Shown: in pieces, positions 1 through 13,784 of the stretch
How the letters are laid out: the number at the start of each line of letters is the position of its first letter
Position numbering within the stretch: position 1 is the first letter of the stretch
Translations under genes and position numbers: made by a program
Assembly (NCBI GenBank): GCA_951406725.2
Contig: OX597820.1
Location: forward strand, 61,070,001-61,134,000
Reading direction: 5' to 3'
DNA from: Octopus vulgaris
Taxonomy: Eukaryota
DNA length: 64,000 bases
The notes under the pieces: model-generated
Told to the model about the DNA's origin: nothing
What the model saw: only the letters and a program-made list of their open reading frames with translations
Database searches by the model: none

Positions 1-929
1 CATGTAGGCCTGTAAAAATATTGATTAAATAAAATTATTTGCTTCCTATATTGGCTAAATTGCAGAAAAAAAACTTCGGGATATATTCAAATGTTTCAAA
101 TGTTACCAAATCCTTTTAAGCATAAAATATTTTGGCACATTCCTTAAAAACAGGCACTCACCCAATTCAGTCCGCGATTAGTAGACGAAGCATAAACAAA
201 TAGAAGTTTTTCTAACAATCTACTTGCAGTACGGTAGTTGTATAACTTGAAGTGATGGGAATTCCGCCAAGAACTCTTCCGAAAATCGTCCAGTCATTAA
301 AACCCTGTCATTCAGTCGATCTCTGTCTACAGAGAATTGTTTCTTCAAATGCATTGTTGAAAAAGTAGGACATAAAACTAAGAAATATATTATTGGATAT
401 GCGAAGAAAATGCATCGTTTCTTAGATTGTATTTTTCAACGCCAAATCTAGAAGGGAAAGACAAGAAATTTATCATGATTAATTAACACGGTTCCGCTTT
501 AAATGATAAAACAAACGCTTAGTTTAAAGTGTTCTACATTTAGAGGGAACGTCGCTAACTGCCTACTTTGTAATAATCAACGACTTGAAACTATGTATTC
601 AATTCGAAGTATTAAACAATTGCAGAATAATCACTAATGAAAGTGTCAGGCAATAAATAATGTCGGTTAGATCGATCACTCGTCAAGGAATTAAAAACTT
701 CTACGGCCAGACTGGCAGAAATGTTTAAAACACATAGTATTTCTTCTGAAGAATTTAGTTCACAAGTAGATTATTTCTAAATAACTGTTTCAAATCTCAA
801 ATGTTTCTTGTGTAGATTCATTTCATATTGAATAAAATAAAACATATCAATACAAATTTTGCTTTTAAGAAGTTTATCAAGAAAAATATATTCGATAATG
901 TAATAAAATCGGCTCAGGTGATTTCATTT

Positions 930-1197
930 TTATACTCTTTTACTTGTTTCAGTCATTTGACTGCGGCCATGCTGGAGCACCGCCTTTTTTCGACCAAATC
1001 GACCCCAGGACTTATTCTTTGTAAGCCTAGTACTTGTTCTATCGGTCTCTTTTACCGAACCGCTAAGTTACGCGGACGTAAACACACCAGCATCAGTTGT
1101 CAAGCGATGTTGGCGCGACAAACACAGACACAAACACACATATATATACATATACATATATACGACGGGCTTCTTTCAGTTTCCGTCTACCAAATCC
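930..1197 (-). mobile_element. SINE family A, 3' part
   Basis: Matches the copies at 5540, 17660, 38340, 41960 and 63610. Confidence 0.85.
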
Positions 1198-1454
1198 CCT
1201 GTTGCTATATTATTGCATGACTAGGTTTTGTGGAGGATAATTATGTGGACAAACTCGGTTCATTTGCTTCGGTTGGTAACGAGTCTTGGAGAACACTTGG
1301 ATGTAATATCCTTTCTACTGTAGGTACAAAGTTTGAAAAATAATTGTTTTATCAGTTTCTTTTATTATTATTTAAATGTATTAATGTTCTAAGAAAATGT
1401 AATTAGAACCAAGTGTTTGAAATCAAGTCAGGGAATAATTATACTGAACTTTTT

Positions 1455-2070
1455 GGAGAGGAGTTAGTCGATTACATCGACCTCAGTGTAGTGTGCTACG
1501 AGTACTTATTTTATCGACACCGAAAGGATGAAAGGTAAAGTCAACCTGAATGGAACTTGAGCTCAGAATGTAAAAACGGACTAAATGCCGCTAACTAATT
1601 TTGTCCGGCGTACTAATGTTTCTTATTTCTTTATTGCCCACAAGGGGCTAAACATAGAAGGGACAAACAAAGACAGACAAAGAGACTAAGTCGATTACAT
1701 CGACCACAGTGCGTAACTGGAACATAATTTATCGACCCCGAAAGGATGAAAGGCAAAGTAGACCTCGGTGGAATTTGAACTCAAAACGTAACGCAGACGA
1801 AATACCGCTAAGTATTTCGCCCGGCGTGCTAACGTTTCTGCCAGCTCGCCGCTTTGTACTAGAATCTAATATCCTTTCTACTATAGGCACAAGGCCTGAA
1901 ATTTAAGGGGAGGGGACTAGTGATTCACTGGAACTTAATTTATCGACCCCGAAAGGCTGAAAGGCAAAGTCGACCTCGGTGGAATTTGAACTCAGAAAGT
2001 AGAGTCCATTGAAATACCACTAAGCATATCGTCCAGTGTGTTAACGATTCTGCCTGCTCGCCGCCTTGTA
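1455..2070 (-). mobile_element. Three tandem SINE family B copies
   Basis: Repeated ATCGACCCCGAAAGGATGAAAGGCAAAGTCGACCTCGG..ATTTGAACTC; tRNA-like head on - strand; central box resembles a Deu/Nin-type domain. Confidence 0.85.
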
Positions 2071-5000
2071 CTAGAATGTAATATCAACAGCTTGCATAAC
2101 CAATTACTTTTAAAATCTCAAATTTTCGTCATTTCAAACAATAAAAATCTAACATGTATTTTTCCCATGTTAAGTTTGTAGCATGTGATACATTCACAAT
2201 TCTTTCATAAAAGAATAATTACAGTCAATGTTGTTCTTTTATATGACTTTTCTTATTAAGATTCTAAGAGTCTGTCGTAATACAGGTTTCCTTTGAACAG
2301 CCCCCAAGGAGCTTTTCTTGAGACGGTATTAGTTTTATTTAACCTGAAAGGACGATGAACAAAGTTAATCCTGGTAGAATTTAATCTTAAACACTGAGAC
2401 ATGGAAGTAGAATCCAGTAAAGTTTAAAGTATCATGCCGACTCTCTCAATATTTCTGTTGTAAACAAAAACGGTTTCATAAAGCCAGTCCACATATTTTA
2501 ATTGGAATAACGTTCTAGCAAGCTCTCAGTAAAATTAGTCCACTACCTGATTTCAAATTCTTGGTTCTAATTCCATTTCCTTAGAGCATTGATACACTTT
2601 AAAAAAATAAAATGATAAAACAATTAGTTTTACTAACCAAAATTTTTTTAGATACATAAAGTGAGACTGAAATATTACTGGACCCAATCGTATAGCATTT
2701 TGAGGATGTTTATGATGTATCAAATGTTATCTTGTCTACAAAAATTAACAAATTTACAAATCTTTCCACTGTTGTATTTAACAAAATATCAGAGATTTTA
2801 TTTAACTTGACAACAAGAATGGAAGTAAAAAGTTGCAGTTTATATTTTTCAAGTACATAAGCGCCACTCGTTAAACGAAATGGCTTCAACCGAGAGTTGA
2901 AACCATATCGCTACCTCGGCTTTTCAGAGCTTTATCTTTTATTATACGGCTCTCACTAATATATCTAACAATATTCTATATTACGGTGGCTTCTAAACAG
3001 AATTGAACAGTTCCAGAGAAAAAATGTTAACGGTTTTAGTTTCTTCCGTCTGCGATTTGAATTTATATAAAATATGCATCAGTTATACTTAGGAATTGAC
3101 TCAAACTATTGATTTTCAACAAAATCTTAGCCAACGAAAGAGCCGCGTATAGTTACTGGATGTGATAGCTGTAGCAGCCACATCTTCTCAATTTACATCC
3201 TACAGTCTTAAAAAAAAATTACATTCGACAATGTAGTCCATGATGCGCAATTCCTGAAAAGAGATTATGGCCGGAATGCTTTTGGATATAGATCTGATCG
3301 AACAGAGAAGATCCTTGGGTTAAATAACAACAATTAACCTTGCAGTGTATCAAGCGATGTTGCTTCTATGCGATCGGTTGTCTAATAACAATGAAATCTC
3401 CTCCAGATAACACCCTACCATCTAAAATAATACTAATGTAGCCCTAGATGCACAATGCCTGAAAAAGACGGGATGGTCACGATTAAAACTTTGACCATAG
3501 TCTTCTTCGTCAGAGATGACGGGAACTAAATGACAAAAGCGAAAACAAATACCCGATATCGAAGCAAGAAATCAATATCGTGTAGTCAATTTTTAAATCA
3601 ATATCGTATAATCAGTTTTTAAACGTAGACTATTCACAAAGGGGAAAAACAAAAACATGAGCTAACAGTAAAAAAATCTCAACTATAAATACATCGAGTC
3701 TTAGAACTTTATAGAAAGCTTCACCACTTTAATTGAGGCTGGTATTTTATCTAGAAAAGGTGTTTGCTAGTTGTCAGTACGGTCAACTACATGCACCGGC
3801 CTCTCTGTTGTAAATGCGAGTTCACTGACCCGATCATCTTCCTCATAATCACCTTCGTTCGCACAATGCTTTCTATTTCCTCACCATTACATATTGCCGA
3901 TCTGTAAAGATGACTGGTGTCTTTCTCTGGCAGCTATGATGCTGAGTTAAGCGCATCATTAAACGGAAGATTTCAATTTCTTGTAGAGGATGTCAGTGTC
4001 ATAACATTTTCTGCCTTTCTCAAAGTGAAGCCTTAAGTTTTGGTGAATATTATTCTCTAGAATGATCTTGCTTTTCTTGGCCTAAATTAAACAGCTATTT
4101 GATTGCCGTAAGGTTATAGAAGTGATGATTGACAGCAAATGTCAAGGAAAGAGGTTGCTATATGAAGGATGAGAGAAGTTTGTAAGATAGAGAAAAAAGA
4201 AAGAAAAATAAGAAAGAAATCAAACAGGGAAGAAAAAGAGAAAGAAGCAAACAAATAAACAAAAAGAGATAAAGGGAGAAAAACAAATGGCGAAACAAAT
4301 AGTGAAAAGAAAACTGAAGGAAGAAAAGATCGAAGAAAAATACATAAAAATAAAAAGAGAAGGAAATGCATTTATAAATGGGTGAAGGTCAAATAAAGAC
4401 ATTGGAAGAATCGTGTGAGAAAAGAGCGAATGAGCGATATAGTAATAATGCAAGTGTGAGCTAGATGTTAGGAGAGAATGATTGTTAATAAAGTGGAAAG
4501 AGTGTAAGGGAATGAAGAGAAAAGAGGAAGGGGGAAAACGAAAGAAAAGAATTCGTTTTTCAGGGGTGATCCATCATTTTTGCTTTATTTCGCTTGTTTT
4601 ACGTTCGGATAAGTTTAATACCGTTTTGGTTGTCTCTATGGAAACACGCCTGTTTGATGTTTCCAGCAGGTTTAATGTTAGAACGATTCCTTTTTGATGA
4701 CTGCGTTGTTTTATAGCTGAATGAAAGACACTAACTGTCTTCTGCACAGCGGCTCATTGGTTTTCATTTCTTCTTACTAGTATTGTGCAAAATTAAAGGA
4801 AATTATTAAAACTTTGCAGAACACTTTGCAATAAAATGAGGGCAATTATTTTGATAAAACGAAAACATTATTTTAATCTAAATGCCACAATGTACATGTG
4901 CCTATTTGTATCTACCTCTGTAGATGAACAATGGAGGGTCAATTTTAATTGTATATTATTTCTCCCCACGCGTTATCTCGATTCTAGTTCTTCATTGAAA

Positions 5001-5539
5001 TATATTTACTTCACTTACGCCACTAAACCATAAATGTTTTACAATCGAGTTTCCTTCCTTTATAAATATGCGGCCTCGTGAAGAAACCCATTACGTTGCT
5101 TTTCATTAAGACATGAAATTCTTACATTGGCACAACACCACAAATTTATGTAGTAAAAATATAAACGAATGAATCGGATCAATACTTAATTAATTAATAT
5201 GTATTTTATTGCTACAAGTGAGATGCCAACTTCAATGGTATTTCATCTCGGGACAAAACTAAATGCTGAACTGAAGAGAGTTACCGTTTCTGCTGTTCCT
5301 CTAAATTTCTCTCTTTTAATAGATGGCATGTAAATTCTTTTATACGATACAACCAAGAAGGTGATATTTTTCCGAACGTGACATGGCCGTTAAAACAGCA
5401 GAAATAATAAGTAAATTACCCTTACAAGGCAGAAAAAAATTGTTATATTTATGTTACATAAATTGTTAGGTTCTAAACTGCATTTAAATTCACGACTTAG
5501 TTTCAATTCTCTGTTAGAAGCAACTTCGCTTTATTTTTT

Positions 5540-5965
5540 CCTATACTCTTTTACTTGTTTCAGTTATTTGACTGCTGCCATGCTGGAGCAGTCAAATAAT
5601 TTATTTCAAAGTCAAATAATTTATTTCAAAGGATTTATTCTTCGGAAGCCTAGCACTTATTCTATCGGTCTCTTTTGCCGAACCACTAAGTTACGGGGAT
5701 GTAAACACATCACTATCGGTTGTCAAGCGATGTTGGGAGGGGGACAAACAAAGACATACAAACATATACACACACATACATATATATATATACATATATA
5801 CGACGGGCTTCTTTCAGTTTCCGTCTACCAAATCCACTCACAAAGCTTTGGTCTCCTCGATGCTATAGTAGGAGACACTTGCCCAAAGTGCCACGCAGTG
5901 GGAATGAACCCAGAACGATGTGGCTGGTAAGCAAATTCCTTACCACACAGCCACTCCTGCGCCTA
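5540..5965 (-). mobile_element. SINE family A (tRNA head, CORE-like box, internal microsatellite)
   Basis: Head AGGCGCAGGAGTGGCTGTGTGGTAAG..GGTTCA..CCCAC, TTGGGCAAGTGTCT, tail AAGAGTA. Confidence 0.88.
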
Positions 5966-5969
5966 TTAT

Positions 5970-6680
5970 GGAATAAACACCAACATTTTCTTGCTGAGTT
6001 TTGAGAAGGAAGCAGTGCTCATAATTATTGCGGGTCCTTCGAGGTCGGTGAGTCTGATCCAAATGATGTTCCATGTAAACTGTTGCAACACGGGTAACAA
6101 AGGTTGCATAGATGCGATGACCCGAGTGGAGGAGTGGCTATACCAGCCAGATCCATGGGACACAGGCCATCATAAAAGAAATTTTATGACAGAGGGAGAA
6201 GGTGGTACATTTGTGGTCCAGAGTGGAGTTGCCATTCTCCGGATGTGATCCTGGATGTCTGGATGCATAACAGCAGCACCGTCACAGATGTAGAAGTAAT
6301 ATTCCATCGTTGACCTCAATGAAGCTTTGTAGAGTGTCAAAATTGTTGGGGGCTGAAATATTTTCTGGTCCTGGATAGAAGAGCCAGTGTTTGGGATGTA
6401 GTTCTTACTATGCTAAGGATTTATTTTTACCAAGAAAGATTCTCGGTGACATTGAGACCCAGCATTAGGAACAACTGTAAGGGCTCAAGTTGATTGCCAC
6501 TTATTTTAGGCAATGTGGAGATGGTGTTTTCTTGATATGAGTTGTGCATGAGATTTTTGCTCTTAAACAAGATTGGCATGGTCCCCCTAAAGGACACTCT
6601 TAAGGTGGTCGATCATGGAATAAGTGCAGGTTTGGAGTGTAGTGTCAAGAACTTCTCGTGTAGTGTCGTGTAGTGCCAAA
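5970..6680 (-). mobile_element. Decayed non-LTR retrotransposon RT/C-terminal fragment
   Basis: - strand pieces LGLNVTENLSW, TLYKASLRSTMEYY..ICDGAA. Confidence 0.6.
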
Positions 6681-7682
6681 AACTCCAGAACTTGACTATT
6701 ACTTTATTACATCAACTCACGCAAGAGTGAAAAGCAAAGATGGCCTCAGTGGTATTTGAACTCAGAGTGTAAAGAGCTAGAACAAATACCACTACGCATT
6801 TTTCCGATGTTTTCACGAATTTGCCATTCAGAGTAATGTGAACAATACCGTACACAATAGTCCCTTTTTGTTGCGTAGCAATATATGGGAAAAGCTATTG
6901 AAAATTATTTCTATTTTCACGATCTCAGAAAAAACTTTACCTACTTCCGGTTGAGTCACTCATGCTATTTCCTCATTGAGTCTTCTGCAAACATGAAGCC
7001 TGCCCCTACAGATATAACATAAGGTTCTACATAAAAGGTGCTTCCTCTCTCATATGTTTAAACACATTCCTCTATATCACTATAGATTCACAGAAATGTT
7101 TTGTTTTCGTTTGAGAAGAGACCAACAAATTCTCCTTATCGCAAGGTATTTTAAGTTTGTGCACGTAATGAATTTAAAGAAACTATAAAATCAAAATGAA
7201 ACAAACAAGCAATCTCGTTGTTGCCATAACACTATTTTTATTCCTCCATTTTTTCCTCTTTCTGTATATTTCTTTTTTATTTTCTCAAGAATTTTTACGC
7301 TAAGCGTTTCCGTTTTGTTTTGTTCATTTTTTTTTTTATCACAAGGACATAAATGTGGATAGGAAATTAAAGGAACTGAAAATGTCTAAAACAAAACAGA
7401 GAAATACAATTGGATATACTTAAAAGGCTAATGCAATTCTAATGTAATTATTTTCTACTTCTAACATATTTTCTCTACCTGAAAGAAACCTTATTTTCAG
7501 TCAGTTCATTGTTGTAAACGATTAAACTGTTTATAATTAAACTCCTTATGAAAGCATTTTCAAGTTGCATGCTAGATATTTGTGTCTTACGTAACAAAAT
7601 AGTGTGTGGGTGAATTTTGCCATTTATCAAATAATGTCTTGTACAATTAACTAACGTTTCTTCTATCAATTTGATTTTATAG

Positions 7683-8179
7683 GAGCCCAGTTTTCAGTTG
7701 AAGATGAAAATAAAAGAACGAGAACAGCATATACAAGAGGTCAGTTGCTTGAACTGGAAAAAGAATTCCACTTCAACAAATATATTTCCAGACCACGTCG
7801 GATCGAACTAGCAGCGATGTTGAACTTAACTGAAAGACACATCAAAATTTGGTTCCAGAATCGTCGTATGAAGTGGAAAAAAGACGAAGCAAAGCGCCGA
7901 CCGCGACCTTTGGCAATGTCACCTAGCAGTAACGTGTCACAGACTAATAGTGCAAGTAATGGCTCACCTCCAACGGGTAACAATTCAAGTACATTAAACA
8001 GCTGCGGTAGAAACAGCACATCGATATCCAACCGCAGCAGTAATAACTGTGATGGTAGTCTCTCACCCACTTTAGACAGTCCTCGCAGAATCAAGGGCAT
8101 GACTGGTTGCAGAGACTCCTCAGATGAGAATGGTATACCGTCACCGCAAAGACATTCTGATGGTTACGACAGTACTTAA
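7683..8179 (+). CDS. Xlox: ParaHox Xlox/Pdx homeobox gene, terminal (homeodomain) exon
   Basis: Acceptor ttgattttatAG at 7681-82, phase 1. Translates (G)[88 protein letters not shown] and TERHIKI are diagnostic of Pdx/Xlox. A Ser/Asn-rich tail follows, TAA at 8177-79. Exon 1 (hexapeptide) was not found in the window. Confidence 0.96.
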
Positions 8180-8338
8180 TCACCTGAACACCTTCACAGA
8201 TCTAAAAGAAAACTTCACATTAATATAACCTAAATTTTTATACCCTGTGCTTTTGCTTATCTGTATACTTTATGTATGTTCTGAGTAAAGCCAGGAAGCA
8301 ATTTTAAAACTGGCAGTTTGTGAATTATACATAGATGC

Positions 8339-8360
8339 AAATAAAGGTATGATGAATAAA
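8339..8360 (+). promoter_or_regulatory. Candidate polyadenylation signals of Xlox
   Basis: Two AATAAA hexamers about 160-180 nt after the stop; another near 8642. AT-rich context makes this weak. Confidence 0.35.
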
Positions 8361-8749
8361 TATTAGACAATATTAAATTATAAAAGCTATTGCTGTTTTA
8401 AAACATTATCGATCAGTCATTTGCTTATGCCCTAATGTTTCGACATTTATTCGATCAAGTTTTCATAATATATTTGTTATGAGGGTGGCAAAATACTAAG
8501 AAATCAACACAGCTAGAAACACATATCAACAAAATAATTTTTGTCTTTATCCTCGTCAACACATGTGACAGGGCATGCGGGTGTATTTTATGAATTTACT
8601 TTATTATCAAACATAAAAAAAAGTTTCAAATTATGTAAAACAATAAAGAATCTAATAGTTATAATGAATTCAATATGTCTAGTTTGGTAGCATTTCTACA
8701 AAACCTGATTCATGATGCTCGGAATAATCATATATGAGTCAGATTTAAA

Positions 8750-8782
<33 letters not shown>

Positions 8783-8963
8783 GGTTGTAAAGATGTAATT
8801 TACTGAATGCAAAGATTATTTTATATATTGGGTACTGGATAGACATATATATCACATCGGAAATTTACAGTCTACTCTAAATTTGGTTCTTACCTGGAAT
8901 GACCCCGTAAGTCGTGTGCAGGCCGGCTTGAGGCAACATTTAGTGGACACACAGATGGCGATC

Positions 8964-9009
<46 letters not shown>

Positions 9010-9203
9010 GCATACATATATACATACGTGCGTACGTACTTACATACATATACATACATGTATGCATATATGTGTGTGTTTCTATATTTCTGTACACTTA
9101 TACACACACAGGCACACACACACACACACACATATATACATATATGTATATACATTTATTATATATATGTATGTATATATGGTATGTGCGTGCCTGTGTG
9201 TGC
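8964..9203. repeat. Compound (TA)n/(CA)n/(TG)n microsatellite
   Basis: Directly visible; similar tracts at 8752, 14169, 15895, 16354, 20836, 31277, 32369, 33383, 33846, 34116. Confidence 0.95.
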
Positions 9204-9527
9204 GTCGACCGATAAACATATGAGCCTACAGTTTGATTCATAAATTATTGATGCGTTACTGGTGAGGTGTTTTTCTTTTTTTACAATGATGTAGCATACT
9301 ACAGGATACATCAATAAATTTTAGTCAATAGTGTTTACATTGTGAGATGAAAACACCTTATCGTTATATGCAATATCTTGATACAAACAAAAAGATGGGT
9401 CAGATGGACTTCTTTCAAACATCTGCAGAAATATATAAAGAAAAAAAAACAACTACAACACAAAGAAAATATACTTAGAATGTACATCTATGGAAATCTG
9501 TCAAAATAACTGATTTTGTACTTGGCT

Positions 9528-10022
9528 TGCAAGACTTATGATGTGAAATCGTATGGTGAAACAGATTTTGTTGTGTCTCGGAAGGGTCATAATGCTAATC
9601 ATAAACACACGCACTGGCTCTAGATCACTTATTATTATTAATGTTATTATTGTTAGTTAGTAAGTTAGTTAGTTAGTTAGTTATTTAGTTAGTTAGTTAT
9701 TTAGTTAGCTAGTTAAGCGTTTAGCTAATTAACTAATTGATCGTTTGAGGAAGTCTGAACTAGAGAGAGGAGGTCATTGACGAGATCGCATTTGGCGATG
9801 AAAGGACTTTTAAAACCTAACTGGCTGATTGATTGAGCGACTAAACAAACGATTAATTAAGCAATCAATTAATTAATTGGTAAGTGGTTAACTAAATGAC
9901 TATTAATACGAAGACTAATGATAATAATAAAAACAATAAAATAGAGCCAGTGCGTGTATTTGCATAACGACCTTCGTGAGATAAAACAAAATGCCAATTT
10001 ACCGCTTTTCATGTTAACGCAA
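9528..10022. mobile_element. MITE-like element with inverted ends and internal (GTTA)n
   Basis: CACGCACTGGCTCTA (~9608) / TAGAGCCAGTGCGTG (~9942); a related end at ~18855-18950. Confidence 0.6.
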
Positions 10023-10099
10023 CTTTTCTAGCTAACACCTTTTTGAAAAGAAAATTGGCTCTGCATATCAAAAAAGAAAAAATATCAGCGTTACCTCCT

Positions 10100-10900
10100 T
10101 CAAAATCTTGAATGTTGAAGAAGGGCTTTGTTAGTGTCATGGAAAAAAATAGAAATTGTATGATTTAAAGGTGTGAAAGAAGGATCGTTCCAGAGTCGGC
10201 TAAAATTGAACATGTTAATCCGTAAGTGTGTACGGAAGCACAATCCCACAGAAAATACAAATATGTGACTCAACTTTTCTATAGTTACTTTCACATTTGC
10301 AACATCAAGTTGGATTAGTATTCACACGCAATTTTTATCCACGTTTTTGCAAAATCTACATTAATAATTCGACGAATTCCAAAAAAATTTAGCATCAGAG
10401 CTTTCTCCCAAGTAACTTCCCCTCTTTTGATTCGTATACTGAGCCGGTCACATAAATATACAACGAAGTTTCATCAATGAGTCCAATGTTTTTGCTAATA
10501 TGACTTGTCTTTTGAAGCCAAAATTGAAAGATTGTGTTTGCAGATTTCCTCTCGTCGTCTTTCCATCATTTCAGATAACAGTAGTCTTGCTACAAAATCG
10601 TGAAGAGCACAGTTCCATAATTCCACAACCCTTTAGAATATACTCGTAGTTTCTTGGCTGCTGTTGTGAAGCAAATAATTTCCCTTCATGTTACATTTAG
10701 AGCTGATGACTTCAGCTATCTTCGATGGTAATTCAATACCAATTTCACCAGGTCCTCCAAACCTATCACCATCTACCACGGTTGTTCTACCATTTCTATA
10801 TACACTGTAGCAAATATTTATTATTACCTTGGAAGGATAGCCACTCTTTGCTCTTTCTCAGAAAAACCTCATTACTTTTCGATATTCTATGCTGATAAAT
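10100..10900 (-). mobile_element. Highly decayed mariner-like remnant
   Basis: IDETSLYIY (DETW-like) near 10460-80 plus weak downstream similarity only. Confidence 0.35.
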
Positions 10901-11389
10901 GACTTTTTTGAGACTCGGTAAAATATAAAACATAAAACCAAATGATTCAGTAAAAACATTTTAAGCATATATTTTTTAATTTTTAACAACTAATTTACGT
11001 ATTTGTAAAGCTTTGGGGGGAAATGTTTATTTCTGTGTAAATATCAAGGCACATTAGTTGTGTTTTTAATACACGATGTCCATAAAGCGATCTCTCCCGA
11101 GACGACCACTGCAGCCTCTTACATTTCAACGATATACATACGTTGACTATGTTATGTAGATAAAATATATACGTGTGTGTATGTGTGTGTGTGCATATGT
11201 TAAAAGATATTCACAAATAACAAGAGTAGTGTTAAAACATATCAAAACACTATTAAAACAAAGACAAAAATAGAAATTTTATATACACACACAGACATGA
11301 TAGAAGTAAATAGGCACACTTATAATCGTTAAAATTCATCTAAATCTGAAATTATACATTCAAATAATTTATTAGTTATTATAATGTGA

Positions 11390-12510
11390 ATATCTAATAT
11401 TTAGTAGGCATGCCGTTTGCATTTTCTAATGCAAGAACCCTCTTAGGTATGCTACTGATCAGATGACGAATATTTTCCTGAGGAGTTTCTTACCAGGTTT
11501 CATGCAGTAATCTCAAGATCTGGCTTTGGGGACGCTGTCTTGTTCTTTTTACGAAGTGTTCTGTCCATTATGGCCCAGAAGTATTCAATAGGGTTCATAT
11601 CTGGTGACTGGCTTGGCCTAGAAGCTTTTTAGTGCCTTTCTCTTCCAATCAATCTTAGATCTTTTTAAGCATGTGACAAGAATCCCCATCTTCCATACAT
11701 AAAAAGTTTTCTTTAATCATTTCACCACTGGAGAAGACTGAATGGAGTCCTTTCTGCAATATGAACACATATTTATTTGAGTTTATGTTTCTTTCACACT
11801 TCACCAGCTCTGATCGAACATTTATCTAAATTGTCCCCCAGACCAACACAGTATAGCCGCCGTGTTTCATTGGTGGATTCAATCATTTCATGTCAAATTC
11901 CTGATCCCTGAGTCTCCAGACCCACACTCGATCACTGTAAGAAAATACAGCAAATCTGGACTCATCAAAGAAGATGTAAGTGCCCTAAAATGCTAGTGGC
12001 CTCACTACCATCTCACTGGCTCGATCTTTTCTCCGCTTGATACTGGCTGGTCGAAGAAGTGGCTTCCTTCTTGCTGCTCTGCCATAGTAGCCAAGTTTGT
12101 GGAGATACCTGACAGATGTTCTGGGACTGACAACAACTTTTTCTGCTGTCAGAGGACTTGCAATAAAAATTATCCTCCACACTTCTTTTAACAAAGAGAA
12201 GAGCCATGTCAGAGGGCCCTTGTCGACCTGGACTCTCTGATGAATTGCACAATCATTTTATTAACTGTAGAAAGCAGGATTCCAAGGTTTTCTGCGAATT
12301 TACGCTAAGTCCAACTTCAGGTTGACCTACAATACAGCCTCTTTGAAATTCGGACAGTTCCAATACTTCTTTTGTACGTGGTATGATTAAACAATCACAT
12401 ATAGAACCTGAAACATAAAAATGTCAACTAATAAAAAGTATAAACCTCTTCAAGTTAAGGTAAATACAAAACGATGTTTTAAAAGATGTCTGTTTATATA
12501 GTCATATCTG
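11390..12510 (-). mobile_element. Decayed Tc1-family transposase remnant (host of the mariner insertion)
   Basis: RYLHKLGYYGRAARRKPLL, FFDESRF, VLVWG, PSQSPDMNPIE motifs across broken frames; possible TIR remnant TACTTTTTGACACAG near 13821. Confidence 0.8.
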
Positions 12511-12514
12511 TGTA

Positions 12515-13784
12515 TCAGACCATCCCATAAGTTCTGTCCGAATTTTGAATAAAAGAAACAAGTGATCAAATGTTATATTTAATTGAAATTTAATCCTGAA
12601 TTTACTTTCCCTGGTTATCTATGACTTCCTTCCATCTATTTACAAGCTTTTAAATCCCATCAATGTAAAACTCTTTTGGTTTCAAAGCGAAGAACTCTGA
12701 AATGTCAGTTTCGACTTCCTCCTGGCTTGCGAAAGTTATGTCCTCCGAATGATTCTGTAAACTACGAAACATATCGTAGTCTGAAGGAGCAAGGTCAGGA
12801 GAATAAGGTGAATGAGAATTTTTTTTCCCAACCAAGCTCTTCGATCTTCTGTGAAGTAATCTTTGCAGTGTGGGGTCGCGCATTGTCCTGATGAAACATC
12901 ACTCCTTTTTCGATTCACTGAAGCGGGTCTTTTTTCTTCAAAGCTTGGTTCAAACACTCTAATTGCTGACAGTAGACTTGAGAATTGATTTTTGCATTAG
13001 GTGATAACAATTCAAAGTAAATTACTCCTTTGCAATCCCACAAGATAGAGAGAAAAACCTTTTTCCCATGAAGTTCCTTTCTCGGTTGTGGTTGAGCTTT
13101 TTCCCTTTTACCAAGCCACTGTTTACGACGTTTAACATTTCGATAGAAGATACATTTTTCGTCACCAGTCACAAGTCTATCCAAAAAGGGTGAAATGAGT
13201 TCGCGAGAATGGAGAGAAGAGCAGATGTCAACTCGGGATTTGCGGTTGCTTTCGGACAATTCATGAGGCATCCATTTCCAAGTTGTTGGAGATGACGATG
13301 AACAGCTGTATGGTTTGAACTAAACATTATTGCCAATTCTTCAACTGATAATGCAGGATTTTCTTCAAATAATGCCTCAAGGAGCTTATAATCAAACTCA
13401 ACTGGACGTCCTGTTCGATCTTCATCTTCAGGGCTGAAATCTCCACTTCTGAATTTTGCAAACCATCTTCTGCAAGTTCTTTCATTCAAGCATTCTTTCC
13501 CACAAACTGAGTGTATGCTTCGAGTCGCTTCTGCTGCAGAGTTTCCTTTTTCGTACTCATAAAGTATTATGTGCCTCAAATGCTCTTTGTATACTTCCAT
13601 ATTAGAAAGGGTTTTAATCAAAGAAATTTTAATTCTATTATTCTGTAAAATAATATTTAATTATTTTGAATGTACACTAATGCATAAAAATAATTCTTAA
13701 TTCCATTAGACATTCTAAAATACTATTAAATTTCATTTAATTTTTAAAAAGGTAAAACCGGACAGAACTTATGGGATGACCTGA
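12515..13784 (-). mobile_element. Full-length mariner (DD34D-type) transposon with frameshifted transposase
   Basis: TIRs TCAG(A/G)(C/T)CATCCCATAAGTTCTGTCCG at both ends; TA TSDs at 12513-14 and 13785-86; ORF pieces HTH (RRWFAKFRSGD..RTGRP), LVTGDEK, HQDNARPH, YSPDLAPSDY. Confidence 0.93.

Noticed and set aside
828-1220. Recurrent ORFs with motifs such as LCKPSTYSIG and TCPRCHAVG (also 5451, 17695, 41640, 63785)
   Set aside because: Translations of SINE family A, not a gene family.
4114-4560. Phe/Leu-rich membrane-protein-like ORFs
   Set aside because: Low-complexity purine tract.
7741-8100. 119-aa - strand ORF over the homeobox
   Set aside because: Antisense shadow of Xlox; no independent signals.
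8852-9243. YIYI/THTH-rich ORFs
   Set aside because: Microsatellite translations.
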